Assembly: GCA_013140775.1 (NCBI GenBank)
Contig: JABFSA010000002.1
Span: 16,467 to 80,466 of the forward strand
DNA length: 64,000 nucleotides
Source of the DNA: Acidobacteriota bacterium
Lineage (GTDB): Bacteria; Acidobacteriota; Vicinamibacteria; Vicinamibacterales; UBA2999
Reading direction: 5' to 3'
Shown here: positions 47,036 through 56,985 of the stretch, piece after piece
How positions within the stretch are numbered: position 1 is the first letter of the stretch
Layout of the letters: every line of letters begins with the position of its first letter
Translations under genes and position numbers: made by a program
The notes under the pieces: model-generated
What the model saw: the letters and a program-made list of their open reading frames with translations, nothing else
The model's database searches: none
What the model was told of the DNA's origin: nothing

Positions 47036-47788
47036 ATGTCCATGACTTCCGGGGCCGAGTTGCCCGTTCCTCTCATTCCTCACTCTAAGTCGTTCTCCGC
47101 CAGGATCCTCGGCATCTTCATTGCGCCGAAGTCCACGTTCCGTACGATCGCAAGAGCCCCGGACTGGCTGGGTGTGCTTGCCCTCACCTTCCTGGTGAAC
47201 GCCGGCGTCTGGGCGGTGGTGTTCCAGACCCCGGTCGGCCGCTTTGCCCTGATGGATCGGTGGGAATCCTCGGCGATCGCGTTTGGCCAGACGGTAGACG
47301 ACGACCGCTACGCGGCTCTTGAGACAGCCAGCGAACGCGGGGCGATCTACGCTGTGGCCGTCGCATTTGCTGCCGGCCCACTCCTGGCTGTCGTGTTATC
47401 GGGACTTCTCGTTTTGGCATTGAGGCCGCTGTCGAGCGGCGTCGAACGAGTCGCCTACTCCCAGGTGCTCGCCGTCGTTGCCCACGCCGGGGTGATTCTG
47501 GCGCTGCGAGAGGTAGTGGCGGCGCCGATCACGTATGTTCGCGGCGCGCTTGGAAGCCCACTGACTCTGCGCCTGATGTTATCGGGGCTCGACGAAGGCT
47601 CGACGTTTGCGCGTTTCGCCAGCGGTATCGATATGTTCGTGCTGTGGTGGATAGTGGTGCTCGCCATTGGTCTTTCCGTTCTCTACCGGCGTCCTGCGCG
47701 GGGGCTGGCGGTGCGCCTTTTTGGCGTATACGTTGCGATGGTCGTCATCCTCGTGACGACGATGGCAGTCACAGGAGGCACGCAATGA
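47036..47788 (+). CDS. Yip1-like polytopic membrane protein
   Basis: 250 aa with five hydrophobic segments and an N-terminal FIAPKSTFRTI motif typical of the Yip1/DUF1282 family. Its stop overlaps the adaptor gene start (ATGA). Confidence 0.45.
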   Translation: MSMTSGAELPVPLIPHSKSFSARILGIFIAPKSTFRTIARAPDWLGVLALTFLVNAGVWAVVFQTPVGRFALMDRWESSAIAFGQTVDDDRYAALETASERGAIYAVAVAFAAGPLLAVVLSGLLVLALRPLSSGVERVAYSQVLAVVAHAGVILALREVVAAPITYVRGALGSPLTLRLMLSGLDEGSTFARFASGIDMFVLWWIVVLAIGLSVLYRRPARGLAVRLFGVYVAMVVILVTTMAVTGGTQ

Positions 47789-49140
47789 AACGCCGCACGG
47801 CCATTCTGATCGGTGTGGGTGTGCTTGTCGCGTGTGCGGCCGGCGCCGGGGTCTACCTGTCACGTCCCCCGGACGTCCCGGCAGTGACCGTGGAAACACT
47901 GCGGCGGCGGGACCTCGACGCACTGGTGTCGGCCTCGGGCAAGATTCAGCCCAAGCGGCAGGTGAACGTCTCGGCCAATACGATGGGACGCGTGACGCGC
48001 CTTGCCGTCCAGGAAGGCGAACGCGTCCGCGCGGGTCAGTTCCTGCTCGAGATCGATCCGCGGTCGCTCGAAGGCCAGCTCCAACGCGGGGAAGCCAGTG
48101 TCGCTGCCGCACGCTCGTCCCTGCAGCAGACCAGAACCACTGTGGAACAGGCGCGAGCGACACTCGATCTTGCACGGCAGAACCTGAACCGTCAGGAGGA
48201 GCTATGGAAGGATGGCCTGACGACGCGCGAGTCACTCGAGCGGGCGCAAAGTGAAGTCACCGTTCGCGAAGTGGAACTGCGAACACGGCAGCAGGAAATC
48301 CAGACGCGCGAGGAACAGATCAAACAGGAGCAGGCGGGGCTGGCGACCACCCGCTACAACCTGAGCCAGGTGATCATCTCGTCCCCGATGGAAGGGATCG
48401 TGACGAGACGGAACATCGAAGAAGGCGAGAACGTCATGGTCGGCACCATGAACAACGCCGGCACGGTGCTCCTCACGATTGCCGACATGTCTATCGTCGA
48501 GGCCGAGGTGGAGGTCGATGAGACAGACATTCCGACCGTGACCCTCGGGCAGGAGGCCAGGATTACGATTGACGCCGTGCCCGATCGCACGTTTCGCGGA
48601 CATGTGACCGAGATTGGCAACAGCCCGATCCAGACGACAGGCGCCGACGCCGCAACGCCACGTGCCACGAACTTCAAGGTCGTCATCACACTGGACGAGG
48701 CGATTCCCGACATCCGTCCCGGATTCAGCTGCACAGCGGAGATCACGACATCCACGCGCAAAGCCGCGGTGTCGGTCCCCATTCAGGCGGTCACCGTCCG
48801 CGACATGCTGTACGACACCTCCGGAACCCTCATCCATGAACCGCCACCGCCCCGACTGAGCCGCTTTCAACTGGCCCGACGAGGGGAGGTTGATACAACC
48901 GCCGGGCCTCCAGAGCCGCCGCCCGGTCAGACGCGAAGAGAGACCGAGGGCGTTTTTGTGCTTCGAGACGGCCGCGCGGTGTTCGTGCCCATCAAGGTGG
49001 GCATTGCCGGTGAGCGCTATTTCGAAGTGCTCTCCGGTGTGACCGAGAACGACCAGATCATCACGGGGCCGTTCAATTCCGTACGAGCCCTGGCCGACGG
49101 TGCGGAGGTCCGGCTGCAAGACCCCGTTCCCACACGATAG
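47785..49140 (+). CDS. Efflux periplasmic adaptor (HlyD/MacA family)
   Basis: The ATG at 47785 gives the anchor MKRRTAILIGVGVLVACAAG. A lipoyl-like domain, a coiled-coil hairpin and a beta-barrel follow (ISSPMEGIVTRRNIEEGENV). Confidence 0.85.
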   Translation: MKRRTAILIGVGVLVACAAGAGVYLSRPPDVPAVTVETLRRRDLDALVSASGKIQPKRQVNVSANTMGRVTRLAVQEGERVRAGQFLLEIDPRSLEGQLQRGEASVAAARSSLQQTRTTVEQARATLDLARQNLNRQEELWKDGLTTRESLERAQSEVTVREVELRTRQQEIQTREEQIKQEQAGLATTRYNLSQVIISSPMEGIVTRRNIEEGENVMVGTMNNAGTVLLTIADMSIVEAEVEVDETDIPTVTLGQEARITIDAVPDRTFRGHVTEIGNSPIQTTGADAATPRATNFKVVITLDEAIPDIRPGFSCTAEITTSTRKAAVSVPIQAVTVRDMLYDTSGTLIHEPPPPRLSRFQLARRGEVDTTAGPPEPPPGQTRRETEGVFVLRDGRAVFVPIKVGIAGERYFEVLSGVTENDQIITGPFNSVRALADGAEVRLQDPVPTR

Positions 49141-49142
49141 CC

Positions 49143-50366
49143 GTGCACCAGCTCTTCGAGTCGATCGCCATCGCGTTGCAGGCCATCTGGGCGAACAAGC
49201 TCCGCTCGTTCATGACGGTGCTTGGCAACATCGTGGCTGTTGCGTCGATCGTGACGGTTGTCTCGCTCATTCAGGGCATGAACGCGCTGGTCTCACGCGC
49301 CATCGTCACGGATGTGGGGGCGGACTCGTTCACGATTCAGCGACTGCCGCCGGTGCGGACAGCCGAGGACGAAGAGCAGACACGCAACAATCCCCGGCTC
49401 ACACTGGAGGAGGCCGCCCTGGTCGAACGGTTCAGTTCGTCCATCTCCTCTGTCATGGCACAGGCGCAGCAACGCGGCACGATTGCGTACCTCGACCGGG
49501 TGCTGGAGAACGTGCAGATTCAGGGTGTCACGCCTTCGTATCTGAACTTCTCAACCTTTGACGCCGAGCGCGGCCGGATGATGAGCGCCGTCGAAGTGGA
49601 ACGGAACCGACCGGTCGTGCTTCTCGGCTGGGACGTCGCTGATTCGCTGTTCGGCGAATCCAACCCGCTCGATCACCTGATCAAGATTCAAGGCGTCCAC
49701 TTCCGCGTCGTTGGCGTGAGCGAACGAAAAGGCGGCGCGTTTGGCGCCTCGATGGACGGCTTCGCCGTGATACCGGTCGGCAGCCACCTGAAGCTCTTTG
49801 GCGCCCGCCAGTCGCTGTCCCTGATGATCAAGCCAGCCTCTCCCGCGCTGCTGCCCGTCGCCATGGACGATGCCACCGTGGCGCTGCGGGTGGCGCGACG
49901 CTTGAAGCCACGGGATCCGGACAACTTCGGCATCTTCACGTCAGACACACTGCTCGGTGTGTATCGACAGGCGACGGCCGGCATCTTTACGGTGCTCGTC
50001 GGAGTGGTTGCGCTCTCGCTGCTCGTCGGCGGGATCGTGATCATGAACATCATGCTGATGGTCGTGACCGATCGCACACGCGAGATTGGCCTGCGGAAGG
50101 CGCTCGGCGCCCGTCGTCGAGACATCATGTCGCAGGTGCTCACGGAGTCGGTGACGCTCTCAACCACCGGCGGCATCATCGGCATCCTGCTGGGCTTCAT
50201 CGCCGCGCAGATCATCGCCGCCCTGACGCCGCTCCCGGCGCGGCTCGAACCATGGTCGGTGTTTCTTGGGGTCGGCATCGCCGCCACTGTCGGGCTGTTC
50301 TTCGGCGCCTACCCTGCCGCACGCGCGGCCCGGCTCGATCCTGTGGAAGCACTCAGGCGGGAGTAG
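49143..50366 (+). CDS. MacB-like ABC transporter permease (MacB_PCD + FtsX), with no ATPase domain
   Basis: It contains ANKLRSFMTVLGNIVAVASIV, a large periplasmic domain, and the C-terminal FtsX motif TREIGLRKALGARRRDI. Confidence 0.85.
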   Translation: MHQLFESIAIALQAIWANKLRSFMTVLGNIVAVASIVTVVSLIQGMNALVSRAIVTDVGADSFTIQRLPPVRTAEDEEQTRNNPRLTLEEAALVERFSSSISSVMAQAQQRGTIAYLDRVLENVQIQGVTPSYLNFSTFDAERGRMMSAVEVERNRPVVLLGWDVADSLFGESNPLDHLIKIQGVHFRVVGVSERKGGAFGASMDGFAVIPVGSHLKLFGARQSLSLMIKPASPALLPVAMDDATVALRVARRLKPRDPDNFGIFTSDTLLGVYRQATAGIFTVLVGVVALSLLVGGIVIMNIMLMVVTDRTREIGLRKALGARRRDIMSQVLTESVTLSTTGGIIGILLGFIAAQIIAALTPLPARLEPWSVFLGVGIAATVGLFFGAYPAARAARLDPVEALRRE

Positions 50367-50377
50367 AGGAGGCATCC

Positions 50378-51664
50378 GTGACGGTTGCGCTCTGGCGCGA
50401 TATTCTACCGCTTGCGATCGACGCGATTCGCGCCAACAAACTCCGCTCGGCGTTGACGATTCTCGGCGTGGTCATTGGCGTCACGGCCATCGTCGGCATG
50501 ACCGCCCTGATCCGCGGGTTCGACCAGTCACTGCGGGACAGCATCCGCGAGCTTGGCCCAAACACGATCTTCGTGGCGAAATTCAGTGGGGTCAGCCTCG
50601 CGGCTGGTAACGACTTCACTGAGCTCCTCCGTCGGCCCAATCTCACCGTCGAGGACAAGACGGCAATCGAAAAGCTTGCGCCATCGGCCGGTACCGTCGA
50701 TATCTGGCTCGGCGCCGGTGGACCGCCGACGCAGACCCGCGTCTTCTACAGAGGCGAACGGACCAAGCTTCTGGCCGTGCTCGGCGCCACGGAGAACTTC
50801 GCGAGCGTCAACTTTCTCGATCTGCACGAGGGACGGTTCTTCACGGGAAGCGAAGTCTCGCGAAGGCGGAACGTCGTGGTGCTCGGTCAGACACCGTACC
50901 AGGCCCTCTTCGGCGAGTCCTCCCTCGATCCGGTGGGCAAATCCGTTCGCATCGGATCAGCCCAGTACATGGTGGTCGGTGTCGTCGGGAAGCGGCCTTC
51001 GACGGGAGGGTTCGACCTGGGACAGGACGACTTCGTCGTCATCCCGGAAACCACCTACCGCAAGCAGTTCGGGATTCAGATCTTCAGCCGCGGCAACGTG
51101 CAGCACCAGAGCGTGCTGATTGCCGTGGCGCCGCGAAGCGACAATGCGCGGGCGGCGCTCCTGACAGAGGTCGAAGAGATCATGCGCATCCGTCACGGGC
51201 TGACGCTGGACGAGCCCAACGACTTCGATCTCGTCACCCAGGACGCGGCGCTCGATGTGTGGGAACAAGTCAGTCAGGCGACGTTTCTCGCCCTCGTGAC
51301 CATTTCTTCGATCGCGCTCATGGTCGGCGGCATCGGCGTCATGGCGATCATGACAATCTCGGTCACGGAGCGTACGCGCGAAATCGGGCTGCGCAAGGCG
51401 CTCGGCGCCAGACGCAAAGACATCCTCTTTCAGTTCCTCGCCGAAGCCGTGGCGCTCACGTCTTTCGGCGGAATCCTCGGCATCCTCCTCGGGAGCACCC
51501 TGGGGATCACTGTCAGCCTCGCCACGGGCTTTCCGGTCTCGCTCCCGTGGTGGTCTTTTGCGATCGGACTGGGATTCTCAGCGGCCGTGGGGATCTTCTT
51601 CGGAATGGTACCTGCCGTGCGCGCAGCGCGCCTGGACCCGATCGAAGCACTCCGTCACGAATAG
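50378..51664 (+). CDS. Second MacB-like ABC transporter permease (paralog)
   Basis: The GTG at 50378 follows GAGGAGG. It contains ANKLRSALTILGVVIGVTAIV and TREIGLRKALGARRKDI. The ORF extension to 50252 overlaps the previous gene. Confidence 0.85.
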   Translation: MTVALWRDILPLAIDAIRANKLRSALTILGVVIGVTAIVGMTALIRGFDQSLRDSIRELGPNTIFVAKFSGVSLAAGNDFTELLRRPNLTVEDKTAIEKLAPSAGTVDIWLGAGGPPTQTRVFYRGERTKLLAVLGATENFASVNFLDLHEGRFFTGSEVSRRRNVVVLGQTPYQALFGESSLDPVGKSVRIGSAQYMVVGVVGKRPSTGGFDLGQDDFVVIPETTYRKQFGIQIFSRGNVQHQSVLIAVAPRSDNARAALLTEVEEIMRIRHGLTLDEPNDFDLVTQDAALDVWEQVSQATFLALVTISSIALMVGGIGVMAIMTISVTERTREIGLRKALGARRKDILFQFLAEAVALTSFGGILGILLGSTLGITVSLATGFPVSLPWWSFAIGLGFSAAVGIFFGMVPAVRAARLDPIEALRHE

Positions 51665-51673
51665 CGTCCGTTC

Positions 51674-51699
51674 GCGTTCGGGTCCCGCGACCCGAACGC
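51674..51699. terminator. 11-bp hairpin between the convergent permease and glnB genes
   Basis: The hairpin is GCGTTCGGGTC ccgc GACCCGAACGC. Flanking CGAAC/GTTCG words extend the pairing imperfectly. Confidence 0.45.
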
Positions 51700-51715
51700 C
51701 CCGAACGAATCGAAC

Positions 51716-52045
51716 CTACGCTTCCTTCTCGCCCGTCCGGATCCTGTAGCTCTCGAGTACCGGCAGCACGAACACGCGGCCGTCACCGATTTCACCGGTC
51801 CTGGCGGCCTCGATGATCGCCTTGATGGCATCGTTCGCACTCGAGTCCGGTACGACCACCTCGATCTCCATCTTCGGCAGCAGGCTGACGTTGTACTCCT
51901 TGCCACGATAGATGGCCGTGTGGCCCTTCTGCTTCCCGTGCCCACGGACTTCAGTCACCGTCATGCCGGCAATCCCCATCTTGGCCAGCGCGTCCTTGAC
52001 GTCGTCCACTTTGTTCGGGCGGACAATACTCTTGATCAACTTCAT
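51716..52045 (-). CDS. glnB: Nitrogen regulatory protein P-II
   Basis: It begins MKLIKSIVRPNKVDDVKDAL and has the T-loop GHGKQKGHTAIYRGKEY with the uridylylatable Tyr. Its start overlaps the glnD stop (ATGA). Confidence 0.95.
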   Translation of the reverse strand: MKLIKSIVRPNKVDDVKDALAKMGIAGMTVTEVRGHGKQKGHTAIYRGKEYNVSLLPKMEIEVVVPDSSANDAIKAIIEAARTGEIGDGRVFVLPVLESYRIRTGEKEA

Positions 52046-54639
52046 AGCGTTCCCTCCAATGTGCCTTGCAGGTCGGAGGTCAGCCCCAACTGCTCCGCCT
52101 CGGTGAGTTTGACCCCTGCCTTGGTGATGTGAAACACGTCGATCGCCCGCTCCCCCTCCGTTGAGATCAACACGAGATCAACGTCGCAGCCGTGCCTCGA
52201 GATCACACGGCTGATTCGATACAGCAATCCCAGCGCATTGCCGGCGACGATGTCGAGAATCGTGAAATGTTCCGATGCTTCATTGTCCGTGTGCACAACA
52301 GGAGCCACCCGTGGATTTCCCCGCCACTGCACCACACTCTGCTCGCGGCCGCGCAGGAGCTCGGCCACGTCCGAACGCCCGGATACAACTTCCTGCAGCT
52401 CGTGCAGCACCTGTTCATGCGCGTCCTGGTTAAGCGCAAGAAACCTCTCGTCATCCGTGAAGTGAAAGATGTCCAGCACCAGACCGTTCGGATTGGTCAG
52501 CGCGTGTCCTCGCAGGATGTTCATGCCGAATGACGACAGGACACCGCAGATGTTCGAGAACAGGAATGGCTTGTCGAGCGTGACAACCGCAAGCGTCCAC
52601 ACGGTGTCGGAGCGCTCGAGCGACAGGTGCACTTCGTCCGGACGGATGTCGCGTGCAAGACGCACGTGCCGGTAGATGGCGTCGCGCGAAAACAGCTGCA
52701 GATACCGTTGAGGTAGTCCCTCGACGAAGCGGGTGATCTCCCAGTCCGGGAGATCGGCAGGCCGATTAGCGAGAAGTTCGACCAGGCCAGCCTGATTTCG
52801 ATCGATCAGCTCGTCGGCGTAGCGCTGCGTCAGGTGGTTGTACGTGTCCACGTACAAGCGCCAGATCAGCTCCTCTTTCCAGGGCGTGAGCGTGTCCGGG
52901 CTGACGGCTTCGATGTCTGCGAGTGTCAGCAGGCAGAGCATCTTCAGGCGCTCCTCGCTGCCAACGAGATTCGCGACCTCCTTGACGATCTGCGGGTCTT
53001 CGGTGTCGCGCCGGAATGCGGCCAGCGACATGCGCAGATGATGACGGATCAGGAACAGGACCGTCTCCCGCGGTTCGGCGGCCAGCTCGAGTCGATCGAG
53101 AACCGCAACGGCCATCCGCTCGCTCTCGAGCGCGTGCTCGTCGTCTCGCCATTTGCCGACGTCGTGGAGCAGGAGCGAGAGGGCCAGCAGCTCGGGGGCA
53201 GCGAGGCCATCCGCGATGCGCTTGAAACGCAGGCGGTTCGGCTCGTCGGTATTCGCGAGCCGCTCGAAGTTTCGAATGGCCAGGAGCGTGTGCTCGTCAA
53301 CCGTGTACTTGTGGTAGAAGTCACGCACCACCCGCCACGAGATCGCCTGGAACTCGGGAAACAGGCTGTCGAGCAAACCGCAGTCGTGCATCTCCGAAAG
53401 CCGCGCATAGAGACCTGGACGCGGCCGGAACAATCGCAGAAGAGCGGTTCGGTGCCGAGGCTCGGGCAGAAGATCGTCTGGAGTACGGCCAGCGACGTGC
53501 TGACGGATACAGGAGAGCGCCTCGTCGGTCACCTCGGTGTCCGCATCGATGGCCGCCTGAAACGCGCTGACCCAGGACTCCGGGGCTTTGGCGGCCTTGA
53601 CGGGATCGAGAAACCTGATGCCGTCACGCGTGAGTCCGAGATTCTCGCCGACTGGTATCGGAGCCGCCCGCCGCGCCCATTCAAGCGAACGACTCACCGT
53701 GCGAGCGTGCCTGAAGTAGTCGCTCATCAGCCGCTCGACACGCTGGCGCGGCTCGACGCCTGGATATCCGAGTACGTCCGCCGTACGTTCCTGTAATTCG
53801 TGGCTCAGCACGTTCTGATTGCGCCCGTACTCCCAGTGCAGGACGGAGCGGACGCGCAACAGAAACTCCTCTGCCTCTTCGAGACGCCCGATGTCGGAAG
53901 GTCCGCGAGTCAGCAGGAGCGGATCGCTGAGAGCCGCAATCGTGCGGGCGGCCATGACGTCGCGGAGTGCTCCCGGTGCTTCCTTCACGTCAGGCTCGAG
54001 CTGATACAACGTTCCGTTGAACGTCGCGTGACGTTCCTCGACGAGCTGCAGCAATGATCGAAGGATGTAGGCATGCGTGCTTGCACGATGAAACGCCGTG
54101 CCCAACCGATCGAAGAGACTGCCGGCACCGGCGACGAGCCGGGCGTCGAGCAGGGCCAGCAGGAACTCCGGGTTGTCGATCTCGAGATCAGCGAACTCTT
54201 CAATCTCTCTCACCTGGTGACCGACCACTACCCCGAGGTCCCAAATCGGGTTGAGGAAGGCATGCAGGAACCGCTCTTCCGCTGGACCGATGCGCCATCC
54301 AAACAGGAGCAGCAAATCGATGTCGGAGTGGAGGCTCAGGTGCCGCCGGCCGTACCCGCCCAGGGCGATGATGGCCACGGGTTGGCTCGGGCCGCCCGCA
54401 TCGACGAAGAGCTGGTGCAGCAGCGCGTCCACTCGTGCGGCGTGCCGCTCAACGGCGGCGCGGCCGCCTGCGCCCTCTGCCGTGTCCTTGCGCAGCTCGT
54501 CTCGGGCTGCCTCCAGCGCGGCCTTGATCGGAAGGCCGTGAGGATGCTCGGAATTGCCGCCCGGCTGCGTCATGGACATGAAGCGAGTATCTCCGGGTTC
54601 AGGTGGCAGTGTCATGACAGAGAAGCCGACGCCAGCCAT
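52042..54639 (-). CDS. glnD: [Protein-PII] uridylyltransferase/uridylyl-removing enzyme GlnD
   Basis: It has a nucleotidyltransferase motif (GGYGRRHLSLHSDIDLLLLF), an HD domain (LLLHDVGK) and two C-terminal ACT domains. The start is uncertain. The ATG at 54639 has GGAGAGG 9 nt upstream, and alternatives are 54699, 54615 and 54579. Confidence 0.9.
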   Translation of the reverse strand: MAGVGFSVMTLPPEPGDTRFMSMTQPGGNSEHPHGLPIKAALEAARDELRKDTAEGAGGRAAVERHAARVDALLHQLFVDAGGPSQPVAIIALGGYGRRHLSLHSDIDLLLLFGWRIGPAEERFLHAFLNPIWDLGVVVGHQVREIEEFADLEIDNPEFLLALLDARLVAGAGSLFDRLGTAFHRASTHAYILRSLLQLVEERHATFNGTLYQLEPDVKEAPGALRDVMAARTIAALSDPLLLTRGPSDIGRLEEAEEFLLRVRSVLHWEYGRNQNVLSHELQERTADVLGYPGVEPRQRVERLMSDYFRHARTVSRSLEWARRAAPIPVGENLGLTRDGIRFLDPVKAAKAPESWVSAFQAAIDADTEVTDEALSCIRQHVAGRTPDDLLPEPRHRTALLRLFRPRPGLYARLSEMHDCGLLDSLFPEFQAISWRVVRDFYHKYTVDEHTLLAIRNFERLANTDEPNRLRFKRIADGLAAPELLALSLLLHDVGKWRDDEHALESERMAVAVLDRLELAAEPRETVLFLIRHHLRMSLAAFRRDTEDPQIVKEVANLVGSEERLKMLCLLTLADIEAVSPDTLTPWKEELIWRLYVDTYNHLTQRYADELIDRNQAGLVELLANRPADLPDWEITRFVEGLPQRYLQLFSRDAIYRHVRLARDIRPDEVHLSLERSDTVWTLAVVTLDKPFLFSNICGVLSSFGMNILRGHALTNPNGLVLDIFHFTDDERFLALNQDAHEQVLHELQEVVSGRSDVAELLRGREQSVVQWRGNPRVAPVVHTDNEASEHFTILDIVAGNALGLLYRISRVISRHGCDVDLVLISTEGERAIDVFHITKAGVKLTEAEQLGLTSDLQGTLEGTL

Positions 54640-54667
54640 GATCGTCGGCCTCTCCGCTCGACTGCAA

Positions 54668-55495
54668 CTAGAAGGAGAAACCGAGACCGATCGAGGCAAT
54701 CCCGACCGAGTCCTGATCGTTATACACCTTCACTGAATCGCCGAACGTCTGGAACTCCACACCGCCGTGAATATTGGCATGAGCTCCGAGTGGCACCGTG
54801 ACAATCCCCGCGATGCTGAAGTACCCGAACTTTTCGTCGTCGCCGCCGAACTCGTAGTAATCGCTTGCGCTCAGACCGACCTTGATCGGAACGGCGAGTG
54901 AGGCCTTCGAACCTGCATACCCCGGTGCGACGCCAAGTTCGAGATATGTGCCCTTGGCCGCCCCTGCATCCGCCTGTCCGTCGTCGGTGAGCTCGAATGC
55001 CACGAGTGCGTAGGGCTTGAGTGCACCCTTGCCGAGCGCCGCGCTGTCATCGACGCCCACCTTCACCGCCAGCTCCTTCACATGCGCGAAGAGGTCTGCC
55101 GGGCTCGTGTAGGAGGTATAGGTGAACCCCAGGCTCGCCTTGCTGAAGCCAAAACCGAGCGTGGCGTAGAAGTCCGACTCGTACCATTTGTTGCCGGTGC
55201 CGAAGTCGTCCTCGTTGATCTGGCTGTTGATCGCGTTCCAGCTTCCGACGTTCAGCGTGGCGGTCTTGAGCCCCCCCTCACCTCGGAACGGCGTGAATCC
55301 GAAGTCCACGTACGGCCAGATGGACACGCCTTCGGAGTTCTGGCGAATGCCTCGGAAGTTGTACTGGTTCACAACATCCAGGCCGCCAGTGACGACGACC
55401 ACGGGTGGGTCCTGAGCCAACGCGGGCGACGCGGTGAGCCCCAGCCCAAGAACCATTGCTGACAATCCGAAACACACTGCGCGAATACAAGACAT
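54668..55495 (-). CDS. Outer-membrane beta-barrel, TorF/Gcw_chp-like putative porin
   Basis: It has a signal peptide (GLGLTASPALAQ), the sequence DVVNQYNFRGIRQ, alternating aromatic beta-strand patterns, and the C-terminal sequence LGFSF. Confidence 0.6.
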   Translation of the reverse strand: MSCIRAVCFGLSAMVLGLGLTASPALAQDPPVVVVTGGLDVVNQYNFRGIRQNSEGVSIWPYVDFGFTPFRGEGGLKTATLNVGSWNAINSQINEDDFGTGNKWYESDFYATLGFGFSKASLGFTYTSYTSPADLFAHVKELAVKVGVDDSAALGKGALKPYALVAFELTDDGQADAGAAKGTYLELGVAPGYAGSKASLAVPIKVGLSASDYYEFGGDDEKFGYFSIAGIVTVPLGAHANIHGGVEFQTFGDSVKVYNDQDSVGIASIGLGFSF

Positions 55496-55585
55496 GTAAC
55501 TAGCCTCCCTCGGGGTTGTTGAGAAGTGCGGCGCCCCTCGTAGGAGTGGAGCGCCGCCGGTATTGCCGCTGACCCTTCGTCGTTC

Positions 55586-56881
55586 CTACGCTTCGTGCTT
55601 GATTGGCTTGAGCATCCGGTGTGGCTCGGGCGTCGCAGTCATGTGGGTCACGGGTGAGCCACCGGTCGTGTGCAGGTACGCCTCTTCGCTGTGCTGTGTG
55701 ATGTCGAGACCCACGCTCTCTTCTTCGCTCGACGCTCGAAGCGGCGTGATCAGGCCGATGACCTTCAGGAGAACGAAGCTCATGACACCGCTGTAAACCA
55801 TCGCGGCACCCACGGCCGTCGCCTGGATGAGGACCTGACCCGGATTGCCGTAGAGCGCGCCGTCAAACAGACCGTTCAGGCTCTTCTCTGCAAACACACC
55901 AGTCAGGAGGGCGCCAACCGTACCGCCAACGCCGTGCGCCGCGACCACGTCCAGCGAATCGTCCAGCGACGTCTTGGCACGAATGATCAGGGCGAAGTAG
56001 CTGGGCACTGCGGCGATTCCGCCGAGCAGCAATGCGTTCATGGGGCTGATGAAGCCCGCCGCCGGAGTGATAGCCACGAGGCCGACCACGATGGCCGTCG
56101 CGCACCCAACAGCTGTCGGCTTCCCGGTCCGCGCCAGATCAAGGAACGTCCACACCACCAGCGTTCCGGCAGGCGCAATCATCGTCGTCACGAACGCGAG
56201 GCTTGCGATGGGACTCGCGGCCAGCGCGCTGCCGGCGTTGAAACCGAACCACCCGAACCAGAGCAGGCCCGCGCCGAGCAATGTCAGCGGAACACTATGC
56301 GGGACGAGCGACGATGAGGGGTATTCCTGCCGCTTACCGACCACGAGGGCGGCCACGAGCGCCGCAGCGGCCGCGTTCACGTGCACCACCGTGCCGCCGG
56401 CGAAATCCCACGCACCCATGTCCGCGAGCCAGCCGCCGCCCCATACCCAGTGCGCGAGCGGAGCGTAGACGACGACGGACCAGATCGAGATGAAGAGGAG
56501 ATACGCCGAGAACCGCATCCGCTCGACGATGGCACCCGAGATCAGCGCGGCCGTGATGATGCAGAACGTCGCCTGAAACGCCATGTAGAGCATGTGAGGA
56601 ATCGTCAGCGGCACGATCGCGCCCGTCTCGGCAAGTCCGACGCCGTTCAGGAATGCGAGTGACATGTCGCCCAGCCAGTTGCTGCCAGGAGTCAAGGCCA
56701 GCGAATACCCCACGATCGCCCAGAGCACGCTCACGAATCCCAGTGAGATGAAACTCATCATCATGGTGTTGAGCGCGTTCTTGGAGCGAACCAGCCCGCC
56801 GTAAAAGAACGCCAGCGCTGGGGTCATCAAAAGCACCAGCGCTGTGGAGATCAGCATCCATGCTGTGTCAGCTTGATTCAT
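55586..56881 (-). CDS. amtB: Ammonium transporter
   Basis: It begins ADTAWMLISTALVLLMTPALAFFYGGLVR, contains DFAGGTVVHVNAAAAAL and VAAHGVGG, and has about 11 TM segments. Confidence 0.95.
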   Translation of the reverse strand: MNQADTAWMLISTALVLLMTPALAFFYGGLVRSKNALNTMMMSFISLGFVSVLWAIVGYSLALTPGSNWLGDMSLAFLNGVGLAETGAIVPLTIPHMLYMAFQATFCIITAALISGAIVERMRFSAYLLFISIWSVVVYAPLAHWVWGGGWLADMGAWDFAGGTVVHVNAAAAALVAALVVGKRQEYPSSSLVPHSVPLTLLGAGLLWFGWFGFNAGSALAASPIASLAFVTTMIAPAGTLVVWTFLDLARTGKPTAVGCATAIVVGLVAITPAAGFISPMNALLLGGIAAVPSYFALIIRAKTSLDDSLDVVAAHGVGGTVGALLTGVFAEKSLNGLFDGALYGNPGQVLIQATAVGAAMVYSGVMSFVLLKVIGLITPLRASSEEESVGLDITQHSEEAYLHTTGGSPVTHMTATPEPHRMLKPIKHEA

Positions 56882-56970
56882 TCCTCACCTCGGAGAAGAA
56901 AAAGTCGCGTGCTCGACGTGAGCTAGCGAGATTGCGGTGCCCAGTATCACGGGTTGTTGCACACGCTTAC

Positions 56971-56985
56971 GCAAGAGTGGTTCCA
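56971..56985 (-). promoter_or_regulatory. Sigma54 (-24/-12) promoter candidate for the amtB-porin-glnD-glnB operon
   Basis: On the minus strand the sequence reads TGGAACcactcTTGC with canonical GG/GC spacing, about 90 nt upstream of the amtB ATG. Confidence 0.55.

Noticed and set aside
56926-56943. Second sigma54-like match (TGGGCACCGCAATCTCGC on the minus strand) upstream of amtB
   Set aside because: The -12 element reads TCTC instead of TTGC at the correct spacing, and aligning the -24 element requires an extra base. It is much weaker than the match at 56971-56985.
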